Shown: positions 17,123-25,617 of the stretch, piece after piece
Numbering within the stretch: the stretch's first letter is position 1
How the letters are laid out: every line of letters begins with the position of its first letter
Assembly: GCA_910588225.1 (NCBI GenBank)
Contig: CAJUQT010000010.1
Location: 29,224-93,223, forward strand
Source of the DNA: an uncultured Acetatifactor sp.
GTDB taxonomy: Bacteria > Bacillota > Clostridia > Lachnospirales > Lachnospiraceae
DNA length: 64,000 bases
Direction of reading: 5' to 3'
Notes under the pieces: generated by a model
What the model saw: only the letters and a program-made list of their open reading frames with translations
Told to the model about the DNA's origin: nothing
Databases searched by the model: none
Program-made: the position numbers and the translations under genes

Positions 17123-19516
17123 ATGAACGAAAAAGTACTAAATACTCTGGAATATAACAAAATAATAGAAATGTTGGCAGGAAAAGCCAATTCCGAACCG
17201 GGCAAAAAGCTCTGTCGGGAATTAAAGCCTTCCACAGACCTGGAAGAAATCTGCAGAAACCAGCGTCACACCGCAGATGCGCTTACACGCCTGTTCAAGT
17301 CCGGGAGTACCTCCTTTGGCAATAATAAAGACCTGGGATTCTCCATTCGCTCTCTGGAAATCGGTTCCACTCTTTCCATTCTGGAACTGTTGAATATTGC
17401 CTCCATGCTGGACAATGTATCCCGTATTAAAGCTTATGGAAGAAGGGACAGAGATGATGCTCCGACAGACACACTGGAGGAGTATTTTGAGCAGCTTGCC
17501 CCTCTGACCCAGATTGCAAACGAAATCCATCGTTGTATCCTCTCCGAAGAGGAAATCGCCGACGATGCCAGCCCGAAATTAAAAAGTATCCGGCGTTCCA
17601 TGATACAGACCAATGAGAAAATTCACAATCAGCTGAATTCCATGCTGGGTGGTTCTTATCGTACCTATCTGCAGGATGCTGTGATTACCATGCGCAACAA
17701 TCGTTATTGTATTCCTATCAAAGCCGAATACAAAGGACAGGTAAACGGCATGATTCACGATCAGTCTGCCACAGGTTCCACCTACTTTGTCGAACCTGCT
17801 GCCGTTGTCAATCTGAATAATCAGCTGAGAGAATTGGAGCTGGAAGAAAAGGAGGAAATTGGAAGAATTCTTGCAGACTTAAGCGCTCAGGCAGGGGAAC
17901 ACACCGAAGAGCTGACCGCTAACCAGAAAATCATGTCCCTTTTGGATTTCATCTTCGCCAAAGCAGAGCTGGCCATGGAAATGAACGCCACGGAACCTGT
18001 TTTCAATACAGACTGTTATATCAATATTCGAAAAGGACGTCATCCTCTGCTGGACAGGAAAAAAGTAGTTCCCATTGACATTCATCTGGGAAAAGATTTC
18101 GATCTGCTGATCATCACCGGCCCAAATACCGGCGGCAAGACGGTCTCTCTGAAAACCATAGGACTTTTCACTCTGATGGGACAGGCGGGTCTGCATATTC
18201 CTGCACTGGACCGTTCGGAGCTGTCTGTCTTTACGGAAGTTTATGCGGATATCGGAGATGAGCAGAGCATTGAACAAAGCCTGTCCACCTTTTCTTCTCA
18301 TATGAAGAGGATTGTCCATATCATGAACCATGCCGACCAGGATTCCCTCTGTCTCTTCGACGAGCTGGGTGCGGGAACAGACCCCACAGAAGGTGCCGCT
18401 CTGGCCATTGCCATCCTGAATTACCTTCATGACAGAGGCATTCGTACCATGGCCACCACTCATTACAGTGAGCTGAAAATATATGCACTTTCCACTTCTT
18501 TTGTAGAAAATGCCTGCTGTGAATTCAATGTGGAGACTCTGCGCCCTACTTACAGGCTGCTCATCGGTATCCCCGGAAAAAGTAATGCTTTCGCCATTTC
18601 TTCCCGTCTGGGTCTGTCCGAAGAGATCATCAGCGCCGCCAGAGAACAGATTGGCAGAGAGGACAAAACCTTCGAGGATGTTATTGCAGATTTGGAGCAT
18701 AGCCGTGTCACCATTGAAAAGGAGCAGCTGGAAATCGCACAGTATAAGGAGCGCATTCGTACGCTTCAGGAACAGCTTCAGCAAAAGAACGAGAAACTGG
18801 ATCAGGCTAAAGACCGGATTTTAAGAGAGGCCAATGAAAAAGCCCGTGAGATTCTGCAGGAAGCTAAGGAAATTGCAGATGAAACCATTCGGGATTTCAA
18901 CAAGGCAGGAGCCGGCCCGGATATCAAAGAACTGGAGAAAAAAAGACAGAAGGTCCGGGACAAAATTAATGAAAAAAATGATCGGCTGTCTGTAAACGGC
19001 GGAAATCGCCTGCAGCCGGAGAAAAAAAGCCGAGCCATTGACCCCAAAAAGCTGAAAAAAGGCGATACCGTAAAAATCGTCTCCATGGGCCTCAAAGGTA
19101 TCGTCAGTACTCTGCCAGACACAAAAGGAGGATTATTTGTGCAGTGCGGTATCATCCGTACCCGTACTAACATTAAGGACCTGGTCTATGCGGAGGAAGA
19201 AACCGTTACCGCTCCGACTCTTCAACGCAGTTCCTCCGCTTCAGGCAAAATGAAAATGTCGAAAACCCTCTCCGTTTCCACAGAGATTAATCTCCTGGGT
19301 AAGACAGTGGACGAAGCTTTGTCCATGCTGGATAAATACCTGGATGACGCGTACCTCGCACATCTGCCAAGTGTCCGTGTGGTCCACGGTAAGGGAACCG
19401 GTGCTCTCCGCAATGCCGTTCATGTACATCTAAAACGTCTGAAATATGTAAAGGAATACCGTCTGGGCGAATACGGAGAAGGAGATTCCGGCGTCACTAT
19501 TGTCACCTTTAAATAA
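17123..19516 (+). CDS. mutS2: Endonuclease MutS2 (with Smr domain)
   Basis: ITGPNTGGKT, DIGDEQSIEQSLSTFSSHM, DELGAGTDP and the C-terminal Smr motif VHGKGTG. Confidence 0.96.
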   Translation: MNEKVLNTLEYNKIIEMLAGKANSEPGKKLCRELKPSTDLEEICRNQRHTADALTRLFKSGSTSFGNNKDLGFSIRSLEIGSTLSILELLNIASMLDNVSRIKAYGRRDRDDAPTDTLEEYFEQLAPLTQIANEIHRCILSEEEIADDASPKLKSIRRSMIQTNEKIHNQLNSMLGGSYRTYLQDAVITMRNNRYCIPIKAEYKGQVNGMIHDQSATGSTYFVEPAAVVNLNNQLRELELEEKEEIGRILADLSAQAGEHTEELTANQKIMSLLDFIFAKAELAMEMNATEPVFNTDCYINIRKGRHPLLDRKKVVPIDIHLGKDFDLLIITGPNTGGKTVSLKTIGLFTLMGQAGLHIPALDRSELSVFTEVYADIGDEQSIEQSLSTFSSHMKRIVHIMNHADQDSLCLFDELGAGTDPTEGAALAIAILNYLHDRGIRTMATTHYSELKIYALSTSFVENACCEFNVETLRPTYRLLIGIPGKSNAFAISSRLGLSEEIISAAREQIGREDKTFEDVIADLEHSRVTIEKEQLEIAQYKERIRTLQEQLQQKNEKLDQAKDRILREANEKAREILQEAKEIADETIRDFNKAGAGPDIKELEKKRQKVRDKINEKNDRLSVNGGNRLQPEKKSRAIDPKKLKKGDTVKIVSMGLKGIVSTLPDTKGGLFVQCGIIRTRTNIKDLVYAEEETVTAPTLQRSSSASGKMKMSKTLSVSTEINLLGKTVDEALSMLDKYLDDAYLAHLPSVRVVHGKGTGALRNAVHVHLKRLKYVKEYRLGEYGEGDSGVTIVTFK

Positions 19517-19627
19517 AGTCCGGACAGAACAAAATTTTATTCTTATAATGATTGAAAAAGTGACTGTAGCCTCCTTCGTCAAATGTTTAATCCATTTAAG
19601 GTAAATGCTACAGGCTACGGAAAGGTT

Positions 19628-20344
19628 ATGATTATTTATATGGTAAACAAACAGAAAATCCTGATTGTAGACGATGACAACAATATTGCCGAACTCATTG
19701 CTCTTTATCTGACAAAAGAATGTTATGAAACCATGATTGTAAATGACGGAGAATCCGTACTGCCTGCCCTGGAAAGCTTTTCTCCCAATCTGATTCTGCT
19801 GGATATCATGCTTCCCGGTATTGACGGATATCAGGTATGCCGGGAAGTGAGAGCAAAATATTCCGTTCCCATCATCATGCTCTCCGCAAAGGGAGAAATA
19901 TTCGATAAGGTATTGGGACTGGAATTGGGCGCGGACGATTACATTGAGAAACCTTTCGATTCCAAAGAGCTGGTTGCTAGAGCCAAGGCAGTGCTGCGCC
20001 GTTACAAGCCGACGACTGCTGTTCCTACCAATACAGATGACAAATGTGTCCAGTATACTGATTTGTCTGTTAATCTGACCAATTATTCCGTTGTATACAA
20101 AGGCCGGACTGTGGAAATGCCTCCAAAAGAACTGGAGCTTTTATATTTTCTGGCATCATCTCCTAATCATGTATTCACCAGAGAACAGCTGCTGGACCAG
20201 ATCTGGGGATATGAATACATTGGCGATACCCGCACGGTGGATGTTCATATCAAACGTCTCCGGGAGAAAATTAAAGATCATGCCAACTGGAAGCTCACCA
20301 CAATCTGGGGCATTGGTTATAAATTTGAGGTACGCAATACATGA
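19628..20344 (+). CDS. OmpR-family response regulator
   Basis: ILIVDDD, LLDIMLP, GADDYIEKPF and the winged helix RTVDVHIKRLR. Start at 19628 or 19640. Confidence 0.93.
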   Translation: MIIYMVNKQKILIVDDDNNIAELIALYLTKECYETMIVNDGESVLPALESFSPNLILLDIMLPGIDGYQVCREVRAKYSVPIIMLSAKGEIFDKVLGLELGADDYIEKPFDSKELVARAKAVLRRYKPTTAVPTNTDDKCVQYTDLSVNLTNYSVVYKGRTVEMPPKELELLYFLASSPNHVFTREQLLDQIWGYEYIGDTRTVDVHIKRLREKIKDHANWKLTTIWGIGYKFEVRNT

Positions 20345-21762
20345 AGAAAACCCTTTATCTGAAGTTTATTCTCGCATATTTTATCTTCAGTGTATTCAGC
20401 TTCATCATTGTCACTACTTTTGTGCCCAGTATGACCAGGGACCGGCTGGTTCGGGAGAAGGCGGAACATCTGTATATCGAAGCCGACCGCATCTCCGACA
20501 CTTATGCAACTGGTCTCTATACCCGTGAAATGGATTTGGAAACGGTTAAATCTCAGTTGGATTCCCTGGCTGTCTATCTGGATTCCACTATTCGTATTAT
20601 CAATCCTTCCGGCAGCCTGGTCCTGGATACAGGTTCCCCTCTGAATGTGGAAGAGGTAGTTACCATTGATAACTTTGACCCTACGGCTACCGGCGGTTCT
20701 TATTACATGGTCAATACCTTTTTCGACCATTTTGAAGAGGAAATGCTCAGTGTCTTTTCTCCCATTACTTCCGGTTATAAGGTAAAAGGCTATGTAGTTA
20801 TTCATTGCAGCATGTCGGAAATCCAACAATCCTGCAACAGTATGCTGAATATTTCCTATATTACCATGGCAATACTCCTTCTGCTTTCCCTGATTATCCT
20901 GATATTTTTCACAGAGATGGTCTATATTCCTCTGCGGAAAATTACGTATGCCACAGAACAGTACGCCGCTGGCAACATGCATTATGAATTTCAGGTGGAA
21001 AGTGATGATGAAATCGGTTATCTGGCAGCCTGTCTGAACCATATGGCCAGTCAGATTGCAGGTGCGGAGGATGATCAGAAAAAATTCATTGCCAATGTAT
21101 CCCATGACTTCCGTTCCCCTCTGACTTCTATACGGGGCTACCTGGAGGCAATGATTGACGGCACCATCCCCGAAGATATGCATGATAAATATCTGAATAT
21201 TGTATTGAATGAAACAGAACGTCTGACTAAGCTGACTAATAGTCTGCTGTCCCTCAATAATTTAAACACCAGAGGCATGCTTCTGGACCTGACTGATTTC
21301 GACATCAACAGTGTCATCCGGTCCACAGCTACTTCCTTCGAAGGTACCTGCCGGAAAAAAACAATCGCCATTGAAATGATTCTTACCGGTGACGAGCTTC
21401 TGGTACATGCCGATATTGAAAAAATCCAGCAGGTCCTCTATAACCTGCTGGATAATGCCATCAAATTCAGCCATCATGACTCTATCATTAAAGTGGAGAC
21501 TTTCGTGAAGAACAGTAAGCTCTTCGTATCGGTCAAAGATACCGGAATCGGCATTCCGAAAGATGACCTGAAGCTTATCTGGGACCGCTTTTATAAATCC
21601 GACCTGTCCCGGGGCAAGGATAAAAAAGGAACCGGACTGGGACTGTCCATTGTAAAAGAAATTATCAATTGTCATGGCGAACATATAAATGTCATCAGCA
21701 CGGAAGGCGCCGGAAGCGAATTTGTGTTCTCCCTTTCGCTGTCGGAAGAGGAAGAAGATTAG
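20341..21762 (+). CDS. HAMP-domain sensor histidine kinase
   Basis: Two TM segments, HAMP (DEIGYLA), H-box SHDFRSPL, N-box NLLDNAIKF, G-boxes DTGIGI and GTGLGL. ATGA overlap with the regulator. Confidence 0.93.
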   Translation: MKKTLYLKFILAYFIFSVFSFIIVTTFVPSMTRDRLVREKAEHLYIEADRISDTYATGLYTREMDLETVKSQLDSLAVYLDSTIRIINPSGSLVLDTGSPLNVEEVVTIDNFDPTATGGSYYMVNTFFDHFEEEMLSVFSPITSGYKVKGYVVIHCSMSEIQQSCNSMLNISYITMAILLLLSLIILIFFTEMVYIPLRKITYATEQYAAGNMHYEFQVESDDEIGYLAACLNHMASQIAGAEDDQKKFIANVSHDFRSPLTSIRGYLEAMIDGTIPEDMHDKYLNIVLNETERLTKLTNSLLSLNNLNTRGMLLDLTDFDINSVIRSTATSFEGTCRKKTIAIEMILTGDELLVHADIEKIQQVLYNLLDNAIKFSHHDSIIKVETFVKNSKLFVSVKDTGIGIPKDDLKLIWDRFYKSDLSRGKDKKGTGLGLSIVKEIINCHGEHINVISTEGAGSEFVFSLSLSEEEED

Positions 21763-21780
21763 TGCAGTTTACTGAGACTG

Positions 21781-22428
21781 TTATATGCTACTGTCGAAAG
21801 TGTAGGTAGATACCAGTTTCTTCATACTCATGGATACCGGATGATACAGCACCATCATCAGAACAAAATTTCCAACGGCATGGATAATATCCATCTTTAT
21901 ACCTGCCACCCACCAGACAAACCCGGTATGTAGTCCGCTCCGAAGACCACCATCCACCACACCGACCGCAGCATAGGAAATTGCACACATAAATCCAAAA
22001 AAAAGACCGAATACAGACGACAGAATACTCCAGAACCAGACAGATTCCTGTCTTCTGAACAGGTAGCTGACCAGGGCAAGCAGGGGCCATACATACAAAT
22101 AAGAAAACCACCACATACCAAACCCATAGATAAGTCCTTCTATCAGAACAAATGCAGGAATGGCAAAAAAGATTTTCTTATGAAAAAAAAAAGTAAACAA
22201 AATAATCCAGAAGCTGACTAATTCAATATTGGGCAAAAAACTCAAAGCTGCTTTACATACTTCCAAAATAGCCACTATCAGTCCGATCAGCGTCATATCC
22301 CTGATTGTCAGCTTTCCGTATTTTCCCTGCTTTTTTACTTGAATCTCCGGTCTTTTTCCATTTCTTTTCTCCGGGATATTTTGGATTGCCTGCTCACTTT
22401 GTCCTCTCACTCTTTCATACTCTGTCAT
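21781..22428 (-). CDS. ECF-type S component, CbrT-like cobalamin uptake membrane protein
   Basis: About 6 TM segments and an LPNIELVS motif like CbrT. Lies downstream of a cobalamin riboswitch. Confidence 0.65.
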   Translation of the reverse strand: MTEYERVRGQSEQAIQNIPEKRNGKRPEIQVKKQGKYGKLTIRDMTLIGLIVAILEVCKAALSFLPNIELVSFWIILFTFFFHKKIFFAIPAFVLIEGLIYGFGMWWFSYLYVWPLLALVSYLFRRQESVWFWSILSSVFGLFFGFMCAISYAAVGVVDGGLRSGLHTGFVWWVAGIKMDIIHAVGNFVLMMVLYHPVSMSMKKLVSTYTFDSSI

Positions 22429-22556
22429 TCATTTTCTCTTTCTTTTCGTTTTATTTCACATTATAATTCGATTATTCCTGTAATAATTCAGACAGTCATT
22501 GAACTGTTATCGTCTTCTCTTGTTTCTTACTTACAGTAATTTCACACCCTAACCTC

Positions 22557-22976
22557 CTACTCGCCTATTGTATAGACAATAGAGAATACATCTCCATCTT
22601 CTACCGGCTGAGTGTCAATACCATAATTGCAATACTCACCATTCACAAAAAATCCCCAGTATGCTCCGTCCACATTATAATCAGCCGTCTCATCATTCAC
22701 AGTTTCCACCATCATGCCATACTCACTCTCTGCACCGGAAAAAGTAAGTCCTTCTGCTTCTTCCATCGCCTGCCTGAGATATTCTGCATCTGTCTTCAAT
22801 TCGTAGCTTGTCTTTTCCTCCGCCCTATTTACCACTTCAATGGTAATGGATTTAGAACCTTCCACAGGTTTCTCCCGAAATACATTGTAAACAATGACAA
22901 ACAGACCAATCAACACCACCAGACCTATAATTCCAATTACAATTTTCCTGTTTCCGTTACCGCTTTTACTGTTCAT
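22557..22976 (-). CDS. Membrane-anchored DUF4430 (transcobalamin C-terminal-like) protein
   Basis: N-terminal TM segment, then a YGMMVETVN...GAYWGFFVNG...GID..PVEDGD pattern. ATG 22976 with GGAGGAG RBS; the ORF-track start at 23060 is unlikely. Confidence 0.75.
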   Translation of the reverse strand: MNSKSGNGNRKIVIGIIGLVVLIGLFVIVYNVFREKPVEGSKSITIEVVNRAEEKTSYELKTDAEYLRQAMEEAEGLTFSGAESEYGMMVETVNDETADYNVDGAYWGFFVNGEYCNYGIDTQPVEDGDVFSIVYTIGE

Positions 22977-23084
22977 CTTTCTCCTCCTTTGCAGTTTCCT
23001 GCTGCCCTGTAAATTTTCATTCGTGCATCTTTTTCGCTTATTATGCGCCCATGCATACACTGTTCACTATGAAAATCTGCGCAT

Positions 23085-23112
23085 AAAAAAGCTCCTGCAT
23101 CATCACAGGAGT
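23085..23112 (-). terminator. Intrinsic terminator in the riboswitch expression platform
   Basis: Minus strand CTCCTG-TGATGATG-CAGGAG followed by CTTTTTT, between the aptamer and the DUF4430 gene. Confidence 0.75.
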
Positions 23113-23204
23113 CGGCGTACCTTAACAGACAGATTTCCCTTCCTCATTTTCGAAGGATAATCTGTTTATTCCGTACCAGCCAATTCCTCGTGACTACACA
23201 GTAC

Positions 23205-23402
23205 CCATTACAGGCAGGTCTTCTGACTTAAGTATCAACATTCTGCTTCGCCTTCCCGGGCATTTCCCAGTGACATGCACCGCCTTTCTTCTGCGGTGGA
23301 AACAAAACTCCTCTTTCACAGCGACGAGATCGTGCAGGTCTCTCACCTGCTTCCCTTTTCACCGGACCAAACGTCTAAACCGCTCTCCGGCACCTGAAAT
23401 GT
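23205..23402 (-). ncRNA. Cobalamin riboswitch
   Basis: Minus strand carries AGGTGCC...GTGAAAAGGGAAGCAGGTG..ACCTGCAC...CGCTGT...CACTGGG...GGGAAGG...AAGTCAGAAGACCTGCC, the conserved cobalamin-aptamer blocks in order. Confidence 0.93.
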
Positions 23403-23518
23403 CTATATACACTTGATTGTGTATTTTAACACAATGATTTGAAAAAAACAAGCAAAAAAGTCAATAAGCTATCTATATTAATTTTCTATAATTTCATTGC
23501 AAAATGCCAATAAATATA

Positions 23519-24622
23519 TCATCTAATAACTTTCACCAGCTCCAGATTCTTATCCATCAGAATCACATCCGCCTGCTTTCCGGGAGTCAGAGAACCAACC
23601 CTGTCATAAATCCCGATGCTTCTGGCAGGATTTATGGTAGCGGCGGCGATTGCCTCTTCCATAGGAATGCCGAAGGACACAGCAGTTCGCATACAGTCAT
23701 ACAAATTTGTGGCGGAACCGGCAATGGTTCCGTCAGAAAGTGTGGCAAGCTTTCCATTCACTGTCACCTGCTGCCCGCCCAGATCATAAGTGCCGTCTTC
23801 CATTCCGGCAGCACGCATGGAATCGCTGATAAGAACGATTCTTCCTGGGAACAGCTTAAAAGCTGCCCTCACCATGCTCTCATGCACGTGGATACCGTCG
23901 CAGATCAGTTCCGCCATACAGTTCTCATCTTCCGCCGCGGCTCCTATAAGCCCTGGTGCTCTATGTCCTAAAGGCATCATAGCATTGAAGAGATGAGTCA
24001 CATGGTTTGCTCCCGCTTCCAGAGCCGCTTTTGCCGTATCGTAATCTGCTCCTGTATGTCCCAGAGAAATTGATACCTCATTGTGAAGCTCTCTGATAAA
24101 TTCCATAGCGCCTTCCACATCCGGCGCCAGAGTAACCAGACAAATATGTTTTCCGCAGGCCTGATTACATCGCCGAAAAAAGTTTACATCCGGCGCCATA
24201 ATATTCTCTTGTTTATGAGCACCTTTTTTAGAAACATCCAGAAAGGGACCCTCCATATTAATTCCAGCTACATGTGCCATGCCGTGACCTTCCCGGAAAT
24301 TTCCCATCCGTTCAAAAAGGTTCTCAAGTTCCTTTCTGTCAATGGTCATGGAGGTAGGACAGTAGGAAGTAATTCCATGGGCATATTCATAGATAAGTAT
24401 TTCCTCCAGACCTTTCGGATTGCCATCTGAAAAATCATGTCCCACCGCCCCATGGCTGTGTATGTCAATCAGGCCTGGAAGAACCAGCAGATCTGAAGCA
24501 TTTATCTCAGAATGGTCTGTTACCTGCTCAGCGTTTTCCACAATAATTCCTTTTTCTATATATAAGTCTCTTTTTACAAAAACTTTGTTATCCTGAAAGA
24601 CATTGCCATTTTTAATAATCAC
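23519..24622 (-). CDS. nagA: N-acetylglucosamine-6-phosphate deacetylase
   Basis: PGLIDIHSHG, EGPF, GAH, TLAPD, GH...A, THLFNAM, DGIHV, SDSM, IAGS. Confidence 0.95.
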   Translation of the reverse strand: MIIKNGNVFQDNKVFVKRDLYIEKGIIVENAEQVTDHSEINASDLLVLPGLIDIHSHGAVGHDFSDGNPKGLEEILIYEYAHGITSYCPTSMTIDRKELENLFERMGNFREGHGMAHVAGINMEGPFLDVSKKGAHKQENIMAPDVNFFRRCNQACGKHICLVTLAPDVEGAMEFIRELHNEVSISLGHTGADYDTAKAALEAGANHVTHLFNAMMPLGHRAPGLIGAAAEDENCMAELICDGIHVHESMVRAAFKLFPGRIVLISDSMRAAGMEDGTYDLGGQQVTVNGKLATLSDGTIAGSATNLYDCMRTAVSFGIPMEEAIAAATINPARSIGIYDRVGSLTPGKQADVILMDKNLELVKVIR

Positions 24623-24738
24623 AGCCGCTTCATTCCTCCATTTACATTAGAAATTTTAATCTCTACAGCACCATGCAGCCAGAGTTAATTGATTTACTTA
24701 ATTCTGATAATTAATTACCTTCAATAACTGCCAGTGAA

Positions 24739-25500
24739 TTAATTATAAATCACCTGTTCACTGTAGCCCCTTTTACGTATCATGCTCATAGCCGCCTCAT
24801 CTGCAATTACCACTGTATCCGGATGGAGCTGCAGTATAGACGCAGGCACACCAGGTATCACAGGTCCAAAACAGGAGTCATAAAGAGCCTGAGCTTTTGC
24901 CTCTCCTGAAGCCAGAAGCAGAATTTTTTTCGCAGACATGATATTCCCGATTCCCATTGTCAGAGCCTGAGTAGGAACTTCCTCTATGGAAGCAAAGAAT
25001 CTGGAATTACTCTCTTTCGTTTCCTCTGTCAACTTCACCACATGAGTCCCTTTCTCAAATACATCACAGGGCTCATTAAAGCCGATATGTCCATTGCCTC
25101 CAATACCAAGGAGCTGCAGGTCAATTCCTCCCAGATCCCGGATAAGCTGATTATAACGCCGGCATTCTGTTTCCGCATCTTCGGCCAGGCCGTCAGGCAC
25201 ATTAGTCCTTTCCTTATCAATGTTCACATGATCAAACAAATTATAATTCATAAAATAACGATAGCTCTGATCATGTTCACCGGAAAGTCCTTTATATTCA
25301 TCCAGATTCACACTGGAAGCCTTGGAAAAGTCCAGATCTCCTTTTTCGTACCATTCAACCAGCTGTTTATAAGCCCCTACGGGAGTAGATCCTGTAGCCA
25401 GTCCCAATACAGCCTCCGGTTTCAGAATAAGCTGCGCGGAAATCATATTTGCCGCTTTACGGCTCATTTCATTATAATCTTTTACTGCATAAATTACCAT
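24739..25500 (-). CDS. nagB: Glucosamine-6-phosphate deaminase
   Basis: GLATGSTP, NLDEY, QLLGIGGNGHIGFNEP, ALTMGIG. Confidence 0.95.
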   Translation of the reverse strand: MVIYAVKDYNEMSRKAANMISAQLILKPEAVLGLATGSTPVGAYKQLVEWYEKGDLDFSKASSVNLDEYKGLSGEHDQSYRYFMNYNLFDHVNIDKERTNVPDGLAEDAETECRRYNQLIRDLGGIDLQLLGIGGNGHIGFNEPCDVFEKGTHVVKLTEETKESNSRFFASIEEVPTQALTMGIGNIMSAKKILLLASGEAKAQALYDSCFGPVIPGVPASILQLHPDTVVIADEAAMSMIRKRGYSEQVIYN

Positions 25501-25617
25501 AATCTTGTACCTTTTCCTTTCCTTGATATATTATTATCATTTATTACATTATTTCAATATATCGTTTTAGAGAAATCATTGTGCCTTTATTTGAAATAGC
25601 ATAAATCACTATCAAAA

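Noticed and set aside
16076-21762. EamA-mutS2-TCS block oriented against the inferred replication direction
   Set aside because: A minority of lagging-strand genes is normal, and there is no sign of inversion ends.
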